Assembly: GCF_000027125.1 (NCBI RefSeq)
Contig: NC_017626.1
Direction: 5' to 3' (one strand)
Source: Escherichia coli 042
GTDB lineage: Bacteria; Pseudomonadota; Gammaproteobacteria; Enterobacterales; Enterobacteriaceae
DNA length: 64,000 nucleotides
Shown here: in pieces, positions 24,120 through 31,998 of the stretch
How positions within the stretch are numbered: the first letter of the stretch is position 1
Layout of the letters: every line of letters begins with the position of its first letter
The notes under the pieces: model-generated
What the model was told of the DNA's origin: nothing
The model's input: the letters and a program-made list of their open reading frames with translations, nothing else
Databases searched by the model: none
Position numbers and translations under genes: made by a program

Positions 24120-25364
24120 ATGGCAAGAAAGGCGACCCCACTCACCACCACACAGATCAAAGCAGCTAAACCAGCGGAAAAAGAATACACCTTACAGGAT
24201 GGCGGCGGGCTTTTTCTCGTCATTAAGCCATCTGGTTCGAAACTATGGCGATTCAACTACTATCGACCATCGAACAAAAAACGAACAATCATTAGTTTGG
24301 GATCGCTCGATGAAGTCTCCCTGGCTGATGCCAGAAAACGCCGTAGCGAGTACAGGACGTTAATTGCGTCAGGGATTGACCCACAGCATCACGAGCGGCA
24401 AAAACGCGAAGCAGAGGCCAGAAGACAGGGCAACACGTTCGAAAATGTGGCCGCATCGTGGTACGAAATGAAAAAAAACCAGAATCTCGCCCACAATACG
24501 ATCAAGGACATCTGGCGCTCGCTAGAGAAATATGTATTCCCGTATATCGGAAACACACCGATAGATACTCTCACCGCTCGCCGCTTTGTTGAGATACTCA
24601 CGCCCATCAAGACACGTGGCAACCTGGAAACACTGAAACGCGTTTTACAGCGCATCAATGAAGTGATGGATTTTGCTGCCAACAGTGGACTGATTGACAT
24701 CAACACCGCTGCGAACGTCCGCAAGGCATTCCCTTCCCCCACCAAAAAACACATGCCAACCATCCGACCAGAACAACTACCGCAGCTAATGCACGATTTA
24801 TCGATCGCCAGCATAGAACGGCAAACCAGATTGCTGATTGAGTGGCAGTTGTTAACCGCAACCCGTCCAGCCGAAGCCTCCGCCGCACGGTGGGAAGAAA
24901 TCAACCTTGATGCGGCAACATGGACGATACCAGCCGGACGCATGAAGATGCGCCGTGATCATGTGATCCCTCTTTGCGCTCAGGCGATGGCAGTGCTTGA
25001 AGCCATGAAGCCGATTAGCGCACGAAGGGAGCATGTTTTCCCAAGTCTTAAAAATCCAGTGCAACCAATGAGCAGCCAGACAGCAAACGCAGCATTACGG
25101 CGAATGGGTTACACTGGTGTACTGGTATCTCACGGGCTACGCGCCATATTCAGCACAGCGGCGAACGAAGAAGGATTTGAGCCGGACGTAATCGAGGCCG
25201 CACTCGCACACGTGGACACGAACGAAGTTAGACGGGCATACAACCGAAGCAACTACCTGGAAAAACGTAAAGTGTTAATGTGCTGGTGGGGTGATTTTGT
25301 GGAAGCAGCCTCAACCGGAACAACCATCGCCAGCGGGCACAGGGGATTACGCGGAATAAAATAA
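24120..25364 (+). CDS. int: P4-family tyrosine integrase
   Basis: 414 aa; N-terminal arm-binding-type region (KEYTLQDGGGLFLVIKPSGSKLWRFNYY...), C-terminal catalytic region with HGLRAIFST and a tyrosine near the end (RAYNRSNY); adjacent to a tRNA gene in the same orientation. Confidence 0.85.
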   Translation: MARKATPLTTTQIKAAKPAEKEYTLQDGGGLFLVIKPSGSKLWRFNYYRPSNKKRTIISLGSLDEVSLADARKRRSEYRTLIASGIDPQHHERQKREAEARRQGNTFENVAASWYEMKKNQNLAHNTIKDIWRSLEKYVFPYIGNTPIDTLTARRFVEILTPIKTRGNLETLKRVLQRINEVMDFAANSGLIDINTAANVRKAFPSPTKKHMPTIRPEQLPQLMHDLSIASIERQTRLLIEWQLLTATRPAEASAARWEEINLDAATWTIPAGRMKMRRDHVIPLCAQAMAVLEAMKPISARREHVFPSLKNPVQPMSSQTANAALRRMGYTGVLVSHGLRAIFSTAANEEGFEPDVIEAALAHVDTNEVRRAYNRSNYLEKRKVLMCWWGDFVEAASTGTTIASGHRGLRGIK

Positions 25365-25377
25365 AATATTTAAAAAA

Positions 25378-25417
25378 TTATTGGTTCCTAATTGGTACCA
25401 ATTTGGAGCCAATTTGT
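25378..25417. promoter_or_regulatory. operator-like palindrome cluster in the int-alpA intergenic region
   Basis: ttattggttcctaattggtaccaatttggagccaatttg contains the perfect 14-bp palindrome aattggtaccaatt (25390-25403) flanked by CCAATT/AATTGG half-sites, in an AT-rich region upstream of alpA. Confidence 0.4.
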
Positions 25418-25616
25418 GTCTCTTTACTGTCTCATTTTGAGAAATATTTAAAATTCTTTTTATGTTAGAAAATTAAAAAATAACCAATCACATAACTCTT
25501 ATTAAATAATTCTTGACTTGCTTTTTTATAGATTTGTATTCTTTTTATATGTTTTTACATGTTTACCGTCATTTTCATTCAAAAAGCGGTATTTTACTGT
25601 CTATAGGAGAAATAAG

Positions 25617-25808
25617 ATGAGGGCTATTCTTTTACGACCAGAGGTCAAGGCCTTGCTACGCATTAAATCTGATTCAACCCTAACGGAGATGGTTAACAAA
25701 GGCGGGTTCCCCAAAGGATTCCGTATCGGGCTGCGTCGCATTGGCTGGTATGAAGATGAGGTACTCGCCTGGTTGAAAGAACGTGAGAGAGAAACTCGTG
25801 AAGCATAA
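25617..25808 (+). CDS. alpA: AlpA-family phage transcriptional regulator / excisionase-like HTH protein
   Basis: 63 aa from the ATG at 25617 with an AGGAGA ribosome-binding site; MRAILLRPEVKALLRIKSDSTLTEMVNKGGFPKGFRIGLRRIGWYEDEVLAWLKERE has the AlpA-like pattern (...IG.R.IGW.E.EV..WL). Confidence 0.7.
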   Translation: MRAILLRPEVKALLRIKSDSTLTEMVNKGGFPKGFRIGLRRIGWYEDEVLAWLKERERETREA

Positions 25809-26266
25809 GTGTGATTAACGCTGGCCTGATTACTATCAAGCAACAAAACAATTAAGAGAGAACATTATAAATACTGGCAAAAATGCCCAAACAGGGGCAG
25901 GTTTTCGTTCAACCATAAAAAATTATGGCTGATGTTATTATTCAGTTCAAACCGTACGAACGAATTAATTGAACTAATAGCACTTCCGTTTTAAACGGAA
26001 ACGTACAATCGCATAGCTTAAACGACAAAAGAAATATGTTGCTTACGAATAAAACAAAGGCGACCGCAGAGGGTCGCCAGAAGGCATATATTAAACTTGA
26101 ATGCATCGCCAACAATGCCATATTTCCGGCTGGTGAGCAATGTGATTTGTGTGGTGGGCACACCTTCAACACATCCGACCACATGAGCAAGAAAACGGGA
26201 TATACTCACCAAATCCCTTATAAAACGGGGATCGGGATTACCACCCCGCTGGAGTTAACGGCGATA

Positions 26267-26290
26267 CAGACGCGCCACGCGTCTTTTTTT
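26267..26290 (+). terminator. candidate intrinsic terminator inside the alpA-icd gap
   Basis: cagacgcgccacgcgtc followed by T7 (GC stem gacgcg/cgcgtc, short loop), preceded by further stem-loops at 26058-26079 and 26226-26248. Confidence 0.5.
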
Positions 26291-26454
26291 GTATCGACGC
26301 ACACGCACGCCTTATCAATGGTGGGCTGTATGGGGCTGACTTCGGTCAGGCTGGTTTCCGTTAACACCAGTTGTGGTAACCCTGTACAGTCCACCGCCAG
26401 CGAGCTTACCACCTCCTGCGGTGGGTATATCCCAACGTTAACGGAGGCTGCCAA

Positions 26455-26694
26455 ATGGCTACTATCCCTGCCCTCGCACATACTCAGAACGCCTTTATCT
26501 GGCGCTTTATCATCGTTAATCCGAGTGATTCCCGCGTCGTTCACGTCGTGGCGTCAACCGAACAGGAAGCGCGTAACCGTTGTCCGTCCGGTTGTGTTGC
26601 CGTATTCGCTGCCCGTATTCGTCAGGGGGTAAGTCATGCTCAAGCGATTCCAGATAACCGCACGCGCTGTAAATCATCAAGGCCACGTTATTGA
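26455..26694 (+). CDS. Icd-like (host cell division inhibitor-like) small phage protein
   Basis: 79-aa ORF with a GGAGG ribosome-binding site 8 nt upstream; MATIPALAHTQNAFIWRFIIVNPSDSRVVHVVASTEQEARNRCPSGCVAVFAARI resembles the Icd-like small-protein family as I remember it. The 3' end overlaps the next ORF by 58 nt in another frame, so the true C-terminus is uncertain. Confidence 0.5.
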   Translation: MATIPALAHTQNAFIWRFIIVNPSDSRVVHVVASTEQEARNRCPSGCVAVFAARIRQGVSHAQAIPDNRTRCKSSRPRY

Positions 26695-26821
26695 TATTCG
26701 GCAAAACGTGAACGCCACCAGCGTTAATGCAGCTATAGCAATATTGAAAGAAGAGTTAATCGGCTGTAGGTTCACGCAGGTGATGATCCGTGCCGTAGTT
26801 GAAGTGTCGACTGTTCATTAA
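26636..26821 (+). CDS. hypothetical small phage-island protein
   Basis: 61-aa ORF with a strong GGGGGTAAG ribosome-binding site; MLKRFQITARAVNHQGHVIDIRQNVNATSVNAAIAILKEELIG...; no function recognised. Confidence 0.45.
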   Translation: MLKRFQITARAVNHQGHVIDIRQNVNATSVNAAIAILKEELIGCRFTQVMIRAVVEVSTVH

Positions 26822-26860
26822 TCTCATTAATACAGCTTTAACAAAAACGTAATTCGACAA

Positions 26861-27148
26861 ATGAAAGCAAAAAATTCTGGCTTTACTGCCAGCGGTAAAA
26901 CTCGTCCTAAATTCATGCACGGCGATATTTACCGCGATAAATACGGCAGCACGGTAATGATTAAGGGCGTGAGTGAACGACGCATTACCTACCGCCGTGA
27001 AGGATACAAATATGACTGCGTGATGCCTGTTTATCAGTTCCAGCGTGATTTTACGCTGGTGGATCATCGTGAAACCGTAAATCAGAACCGTGCAGCAAGA
27101 TACATCCGCAAAATCTGCGAAATGATGGTTACTGGGGGCAAGAAATGA
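26861..27148 (+). CDS. hypothetical protein, translationally coupled to the primase gene
   Basis: 95-aa ORF whose TGA stop overlaps the ATG of the downstream 712-aa ORF (ATGA); basic protein; no recognisable domain. Confidence 0.4.
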   Translation: MKAKNSGFTASGKTRPKFMHGDIYRDKYGSTVMIKGVSERRITYRREGYKYDCVMPVYQFQRDFTLVDHRETVNQNRAARYIRKICEMMVTGGKK

Positions 27149-29283
27149 AACGCGCACCGAATTTAAAGCACCAGCCGAAAGACAAAATGACGGAGGTGAT
27201 TATCTTTGCGGGTAGTGATGCCTGGGCACATGCGAAAGAGTGGAGCGAATGGGCCGGAAAGCATATTGCGGCAGATGATACACATCCAGTTATTCTTGGA
27301 CCGGAACAACTGGCGAGTCTGGCAGACACGCAAATCATCGACAAAGGGCGCTATTACGTGCGCGTTTATCGTGCTGGTGAAATATCAGAGCAGCACCTTA
27401 CACAGATAGCGACACTGCTTGCAGTGGCGGGTGTGAAGGAGGCGCGTTGCTACCGCAGCTTTGTTGATCAGCAGCCGGAGGACTGGACACCGCGCATGGC
27501 TGGACTGAAGGATGATGCGGAACGCGGTAACAGTCTGGTGATCAACCTTCCGGCGAAGACAAATTTCACCGGAAATTATGATGACGAATTAAAGCCTCGT
27601 GTTGAAAGTCGCGTCGATGGTGTTTTCTGGGTAACGCCCAAAGTGGACAAGCAGTCAGGCGAAATTATCCGGCCTGAGACGTGGTTATGTTCTCCGCTTG
27701 AACTACTGGGAACAGGAACAATCGGCAAAGAGCATTACCGCGTGATGCGCTGGAAAAAACCAGCAAACCATGAGGTCATTACAATGGCGGTCCCGTGCGG
27801 AGGCATTGGTGACCGTGACGGCTGGCGGTTGCTGAAAGACCACGGCCTTAACGTGACGACCAACGGCAAATACAGGGCTATCCTGGCTGACTGGATGCAG
27901 TTAAGCGGAAACCATGAGGAATGGCAGTTAAGCACAACAACGGGGTGGCATTTTGGTGCGTACATCATGCCGGATGGTTCGATCATCGGTGAATCAGAGA
28001 AACCCATCCTGTTTACCGGAAAAACTGCCGCTGTTAATGGCTATTCCGTGGCGGGAACAGCGGAGGGCTGGCGCGATACCGTGGCACGGCTGGCTGGTGG
28101 TAATCCGTCCATGATGCTGGGTGTGGCGGTATCGCTATCTGCACCATTAATCGGGCTGGTGGGTGCTGACGGCTTCGGGGTTCATCTTTTTGAGCAATCA
28201 TCAGCAGGTAAAACCACCACACAGAACATTGCATCAAGTTTATGGGGAGAGCCGGACGCGCAACGGCTGACCTGGTACGGAACGGCGTTAGGTATCGCCA
28301 ACGAGGCCGAAGCACATAATGACGGGCTGTTACCCCTGGATGAAATAGGCCAGGCCGGAAACGCACGGGAAGTGTCCACGTCGGCTTATACGCTGTTTAA
28401 CGGTTCGGGGAAATTACAGGGGGCGAAGGACGGCGGCAACAGGGAGATAAAACACTGGCGAACAGTGGCAATCAGTACCGGAGAAATGGACGTTGAAACA
28501 TTCCTCAAAAGTGAGGGGATAAAAGTCAAGGCTGGGCAGCTTGTCCGGTTGCTTAACGTGCCGATGGAGAAGTCCACGCAGTTTCACGAATACAGCACAG
28601 GAAAGGCGCACGCAGACGCGTTAAAGGATGCCTGGACAGCAAATCACGGGGCGGCAGGTCGTGAGTGGATTAAATGGCTAGCAGCCCACCAACAGGAGGC
28701 TAAGGACACGGTAAGGGCATGCCGTGAACGGTGGCGCAACCTGATACCGGAGAGCTACGGCGAACAGGTTCACCGCGTAGGGGAACGATTCGCCATACTG
28801 GAGGCCGCGCTTGTGCTGTCAGGCAATGTTACGGGCTGGGATGTTCAGGCGTGCCGTGATGCCATTCAGCATAACTTTAATGCCTGGGTGAAGGAGTTCG
28901 GCACGGGTAACAAGGAACACAGGCAGATTATTGAACAGGCAGAGGCATTTCTTACTGCCTACGGCATGAGCAGGTTTGCGCCTGTCAATTATGACCCTGC
29001 AAGCCTGCCGATTTCAGAACTGTACGGCTACAGGGAAAGCGAGGGGCGTTACGGTGAGCCTGTTTTGTTTTACGTCCTGCCGGAGCCATTTAAATCGCAT
29101 GTGGCGAAGGGATTTAACAAGGATGCCGTAGCAAGAGCCCTTCACGAAGCCGGAATGCTGAAAAAGCCAGCCAGCGGGGAAGGATGGCAAATCAGAACAC
29201 CACGTCTTAAGCACATGAAGGGGGCACGACTAAGGGTGTACGGCCTTTTACTTGCACAGGATCATGATGATGAAGGTGGTTAA
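27145..29283 (+). CDS. primase/helicase-like replication initiation protein (P4 alpha-like; P-loop NTPase core)
   Basis: 712-aa ORF; central Walker A-like FEQSSAGKTTTQN followed by acidic DE-type motifs (LPLDEIG); the size and the iterons immediately downstream fit a satellite replication protein. An alternative start at 27187 (MTEVIIFAG) is possible. Confidence 0.65.
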   Translation: MKRAPNLKHQPKDKMTEVIIFAGSDAWAHAKEWSEWAGKHIAADDTHPVILGPEQLASLADTQIIDKGRYYVRVYRAGEISEQHLTQIATLLAVAGVKEARCYRSFVDQQPEDWTPRMAGLKDDAERGNSLVINLPAKTNFTGNYDDELKPRVESRVDGVFWVTPKVDKQSGEIIRPETWLCSPLELLGTGTIGKEHYRVMRWKKPANHEVITMAVPCGGIGDRDGWRLLKDHGLNVTTNGKYRAILADWMQLSGNHEEWQLSTTTGWHFGAYIMPDGSIIGESEKPILFTGKTAAVNGYSVAGTAEGWRDTVARLAGGNPSMMLGVAVSLSAPLIGLVGADGFGVHLFEQSSAGKTTTQNIASSLWGEPDAQRLTWYGTALGIANEAEAHNDGLLPLDEIGQAGNAREVSTSAYTLFNGSGKLQGAKDGGNREIKHWRTVAISTGEMDVETFLKSEGIKVKAGQLVRLLNVPMEKSTQFHEYSTGKAHADALKDAWTANHGAAGREWIKWLAAHQQEAKDTVRACRERWRNLIPESYGEQVHRVGERFAILEAALVLSGNVTGWDVQACRDAIQHNFNAWVKEFGTGNKEHRQIIEQAEAFLTAYGMSRFAPVNYDPASLPISELYGYRESEGRYGEPVLFYVLPEPFKSHVAKGFNKDAVARALHEAGMLKKPASGEGWQIRTPRLKHMKGARLRVYGLLLAQDHDDEGG

Positions 29284-29308
29284 TCTCTCGCGTGTAGGTT
29301 TAAAAACT

Positions 29309-29443
29309 CTTGTCCCACCTGTCCCAACCTGTGAGAAACACACATAACATACTGAATTATATTGGGTAATATCAGAAAAAGTGGGACAAGAGCGGGACAA
29401 GTTAAGGTGATTTTGGGACAAGTTAGGAGCATTTTGGGACAAG
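29309..29443. repeat. iteron cluster 1 (GGGACAAG repeats), putative origin of replication
   Basis: Inverted copies CTTGTCCC at 29309-29316 and ctgtccca at 29319-29326, an AT-rich spacer, then four direct GGGACAAG copies at 29383-29390, 29394-29401, 29415-29422 and 29436-29443; immediately downstream of the primase gene. Confidence 0.6.
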
Positions 29444-29519
29444 TCAGCAGGCGTTATTTTTTGCCTGGCTGGTGGACATTAAAAATCCAACCAACATTTA
29501 AAACCGGAGAGCAGACAAT

Positions 29520-29945
29520 ATGACGGCACAAATATCAGCTTACGGGCGGTTGGTGGCTGACCCGCAGTTAAAAACCACCAGCAAGGGAACACCAATGGCG
29601 CTGGTGAGTATGGCTGTTCCCCTTCCGTGCAGTCAGGCATATGACGGAACAGCGACGATGTGGTTATCCGTCCTGGCGTTTGGCAGACAGGCCGATGCAC
29701 TGGCAAAACACCAGAAAGGCGAACTGGTGAGCATGGCGGGTAACATGCAGATAAGCCAGTGGACAGACCAGAACGGGGAAATGCGGCAGGGCTGGCAGGT
29801 CATCGCAGACAGCGTAATCAGTGCGCGAACCGTGCGACCAGGAGGCAGGAAAGGACAGCAAGGGCAGGCTACTGACGCACTGAACAGAACAAAGCAGCAG
29901 ACGGGCCAGCAGGATGACCCGTATGAGGACGAAATACCATTTTAA
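29520..29945 (+). CDS. ssb: single-stranded DNA-binding protein (SSB-like, OB fold)
   Basis: 141 aa; SSB-like layout with conserved aromatic positions, a Gly/Gln-rich linker and the acidic tail ...DDPYEDEIPF that resembles the E. coli SSB C-terminal DDDIPF. Confidence 0.75.
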   Translation: MTAQISAYGRLVADPQLKTTSKGTPMALVSMAVPLPCSQAYDGTATMWLSVLAFGRQADALAKHQKGELVSMAGNMQISQWTDQNGEMRQGWQVIADSVISARTVRPGGRKGQQGQATDALNRTKQQTGQQDDPYEDEIPF

Positions 29946-29980
29946 CTGCCAGTGGATTCACTAACAGAGGTTAACAAATA

Positions 29981-30517
29981 ATGACTACACTGACTATTAG
30001 CAGAAAACCGAAAGGCATTTACGGCATACCACAGAAAAAGACACAGACGACACAGCAGCAGGATAAAACCACATCAGCGCATAAAGTGATACCCGGCAAT
30101 CAGAACGCACAGCAGAGCCGCAAACAGAAGCCCACAGGGGCGACACCGTGGCGGCATATGACCAAACGCCAGGGCAAAAACCGCAGGCGCGTTAACCGTC
30201 TTATTGAACTATGGCCTGAATTATTCAGCCTGGAATCACCGAAGCCGCTTAAGGTAGGAATATTTGAAGACCTGATACAGGATATTGCCGTCAGGGCGCT
30301 GGCTTTTGGGTCAGGGGCATTACGTGCGGCGCTAGCATCTTATGCTCATTCTCCGCGTTATTACCGTGCCTTAATGGCTGGTGGCGTGCGTTACGATCTG
30401 AATAGCCAGCCATGCGGCGAGGTGACACAACAGGAACAGCAGGACGCGGAAGCACGACTGATGGCACTGAAAGAGAAGCGCAAACGTAAGTCGAACAAGG
30501 AGCAAGCTGGCGTATGA
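29981..30517 (+). CDS. FinO/ProQ-family RNA-chaperone-like protein
   Basis: 178 aa; basic Q/K-rich N-terminus, then LIELWPELFSLESPKPLKVGIFEDL...RYYRALMAGGVRYDLNSQPCGEV, which resembles the FinO/ProQ N-terminal domain signature; assignment from memory only. Confidence 0.5.
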   Translation: MTTLTISRKPKGIYGIPQKKTQTTQQQDKTTSAHKVIPGNQNAQQSRKQKPTGATPWRHMTKRQGKNRRRVNRLIELWPELFSLESPKPLKVGIFEDLIQDIAVRALAFGSGALRAALASYAHSPRYYRALMAGGVRYDLNSQPCGEVTQQEQQDAEARLMALKEKRKRKSNKEQAGV

Positions 30518-30798
30518 GTATGATTCACGACAGCAAAGCGGAAGATCTGGAGGCTAAAGGCCTGTACCGGAGAGCGGCAGCCCGATGGGCTGAGGTCATG
30601 CAACAGGTGAACACCGATAAGGAGCGCGAACAGGCAGTAAAGCGTCGCGCGAAATGTATCCACAAGGCAGCACGTTCGCCCGTCATGCTGGATAATTTCG
30701 GGGGCTTGAGAGAGGCAGCAAACCGCACACAGGCGGATATGGGGATAGAAATCGCAAAATCTGTCTGGCGGAACTACCAGACAGACAAGGTTTTATAG
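30514..30798 (+). CDS. PerC-family transcriptional regulator-like protein
   Basis: 94 aa; AEDLEAKGLYRRAAARWAEVM matches the PerC/Pch-type motif (AE.LE..GLWRRAA.RW..VM); start overlaps the previous stop (ATGA coupling). Confidence 0.55.
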   Translation: MSMIHDSKAEDLEAKGLYRRAAARWAEVMQQVNTDKEREQAVKRRAKCIHKAARSPVMLDNFGGLREAANRTQADMGIEIAKSVWRNYQTDKVL

Positions 30799-30854
30799 TG
30801 GCAGTTCTGCATTATTTTTTGTGTTATTGAGTTGTAGAGCGTTTCAGGAGTTTT

Positions 30855-31064
30855 TTGAATCACATGAACGTTTCGCTGGTGGATATTCTTGACAAGTTGC
30901 AGCCAGGCCGACGCGTGCCAGCTCGCCGCAGTGCCTGGCATCTTCCGTACATCGTCTTTCTCGAACGGCGCGGAAACGATTTGATTGCGTTGAATCCCGT
31001 CACAAAGGATAGCGTTACGCTATCTCCTGAGAGTCTACTAGCCACAGACTGGGAGTACTGCTAA
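30855..31064 (+). CDS. hypothetical protein
   Basis: 69-aa ORF with a CAGGAG ribosome-binding-like site upstream; last ORF before the ~0.9 kb non-coding iteron region; no recognisable motif. Confidence 0.3.
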   Translation: MNHMNVSLVDILDKLQPGRRVPARRSAWHLPYIVFLERRGNDLIALNPVTKDSVTLSPESLLATDWEYC

Positions 31065-31597
31065 ACACAAACGCATCGAGGGTGCTGGCGTGTTGCCAGC
31101 CCCACCCCCTCCGAAATGATCCCCCAAAAAGTGCAAAATGATCCCCCATTAACGAACAGAAAACAAACAAAGAGCAACAAATAATCATTATTTACAATTC
31201 TTGACAAAAACACCCCCTATTTATAACCCTACCAAATTTAAAATTACATCTACAAAACAATAAGTTACAAAATCAGCAACGGATCATTTCGGAAAAAACG
31301 GTTAGTCCCTTTTTCGAAAAGGGATCATTTTGTTGCTTAAACTCATATGCGGATTACATATCAATACGCTAGTGATAGCCGTTCTGGAATGCCACAGAAA
31401 CGCGCTGTAATCGATTCTGGCGCAATTAGCTGTGCTAGGTAATGATTTACCTATCTGGGGATGTTGCGCACGTCTGGATTGCGTTACCACCGAAGATTGT
31501 GCGCATATGGTGGCTGTTACGGTGGCCTCCCGACAACGCAAAATTGCGGCGGCACAGTCGGTTTACCGCGCTAACACGGCTTGATTCACTCGCTCGA

Positions 31598-31717
31598 CTT
31601 GTCCCACCTCCCCCCCCAACTTGTCCCAAAACAGCCTAGACTTGTCCCACCTTACCTAATTTATTTCTAACAAAATCAATTTGTTAGGTGCTGGTGGGAC
31701 AGGTGGGACGGGTGGGA
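31598..31717. repeat. iteron cluster 2 (CTTGTCCC x3 and GGTGGGAC x3 flanking an AT-rich spacer), putative second cis-replication site
   Basis: CTTGTCCC at 31598-31605, 31618-31625 and 31640-31647; inverted GGTGGGAC(A/G)G at 31692-31699, 31701-31708 and 31710-31717; followed by (TA)n at 31729-31740. Confidence 0.6.
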
Positions 31718-31998
31718 CGGGTGGTTTTGTATATATATATACGAAAAATTGCATTCAGGAGGGGGGCGAAATTCCTGCAATCCATTACTTATGGAACTGT
31801 CCGCCCCGTCAAATTTTTACGCCCGCGCAATTAAAAAAATGCGTCACGCAGGTGGGCATGATGCCGATATGCTTGTCGGGTTCAGCTTTTTAAGGCGGCT
31901 GTAGATGTCAGGTTATCCGTGCTCATCCACCAGCCAGCTTCATAGCGGATAGCCGGAAAATGGTAACGGTTAAAGCTGTACATTTTTGCAGCAAATCA

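Noticed and set aside
26036-26632. 198-aa plus-strand ORF (and overlapping minus-strand 108-aa ORF 26218-26544) in the alpA-icd gap
   Set aside because: Low-complexity Ser/Thr/Cys/His-rich translation, weak ribosome-binding site, spans a strong intrinsic terminator and overlaps the Icd-like start. More likely a non-coding structured region. Kept only as an alternative hypothesis.
29305-31720. Short repeated GGGACAAG / GGTGGGAC units as a possible CRISPR array
   Set aside because: Repeat units are only 8-10 bp, occur in both orientations with irregular 9-21 bp spacing, have no spacer-like unique segments of 30-40 bp, and no cas genes are nearby. An iteron/origin interpretation fits better.
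31302-31893. Small ORFs (60-79 aa) on both strands in the island tail, for example 31681-31893 encoding MLGAGGTGGTGGTGG...
   Set aside because: They are created by the repeat arrays (GGTGGGAC repeats translate to Gly/Thr runs), overlap each other and lack ribosome-binding sites. Treated as non-coding.
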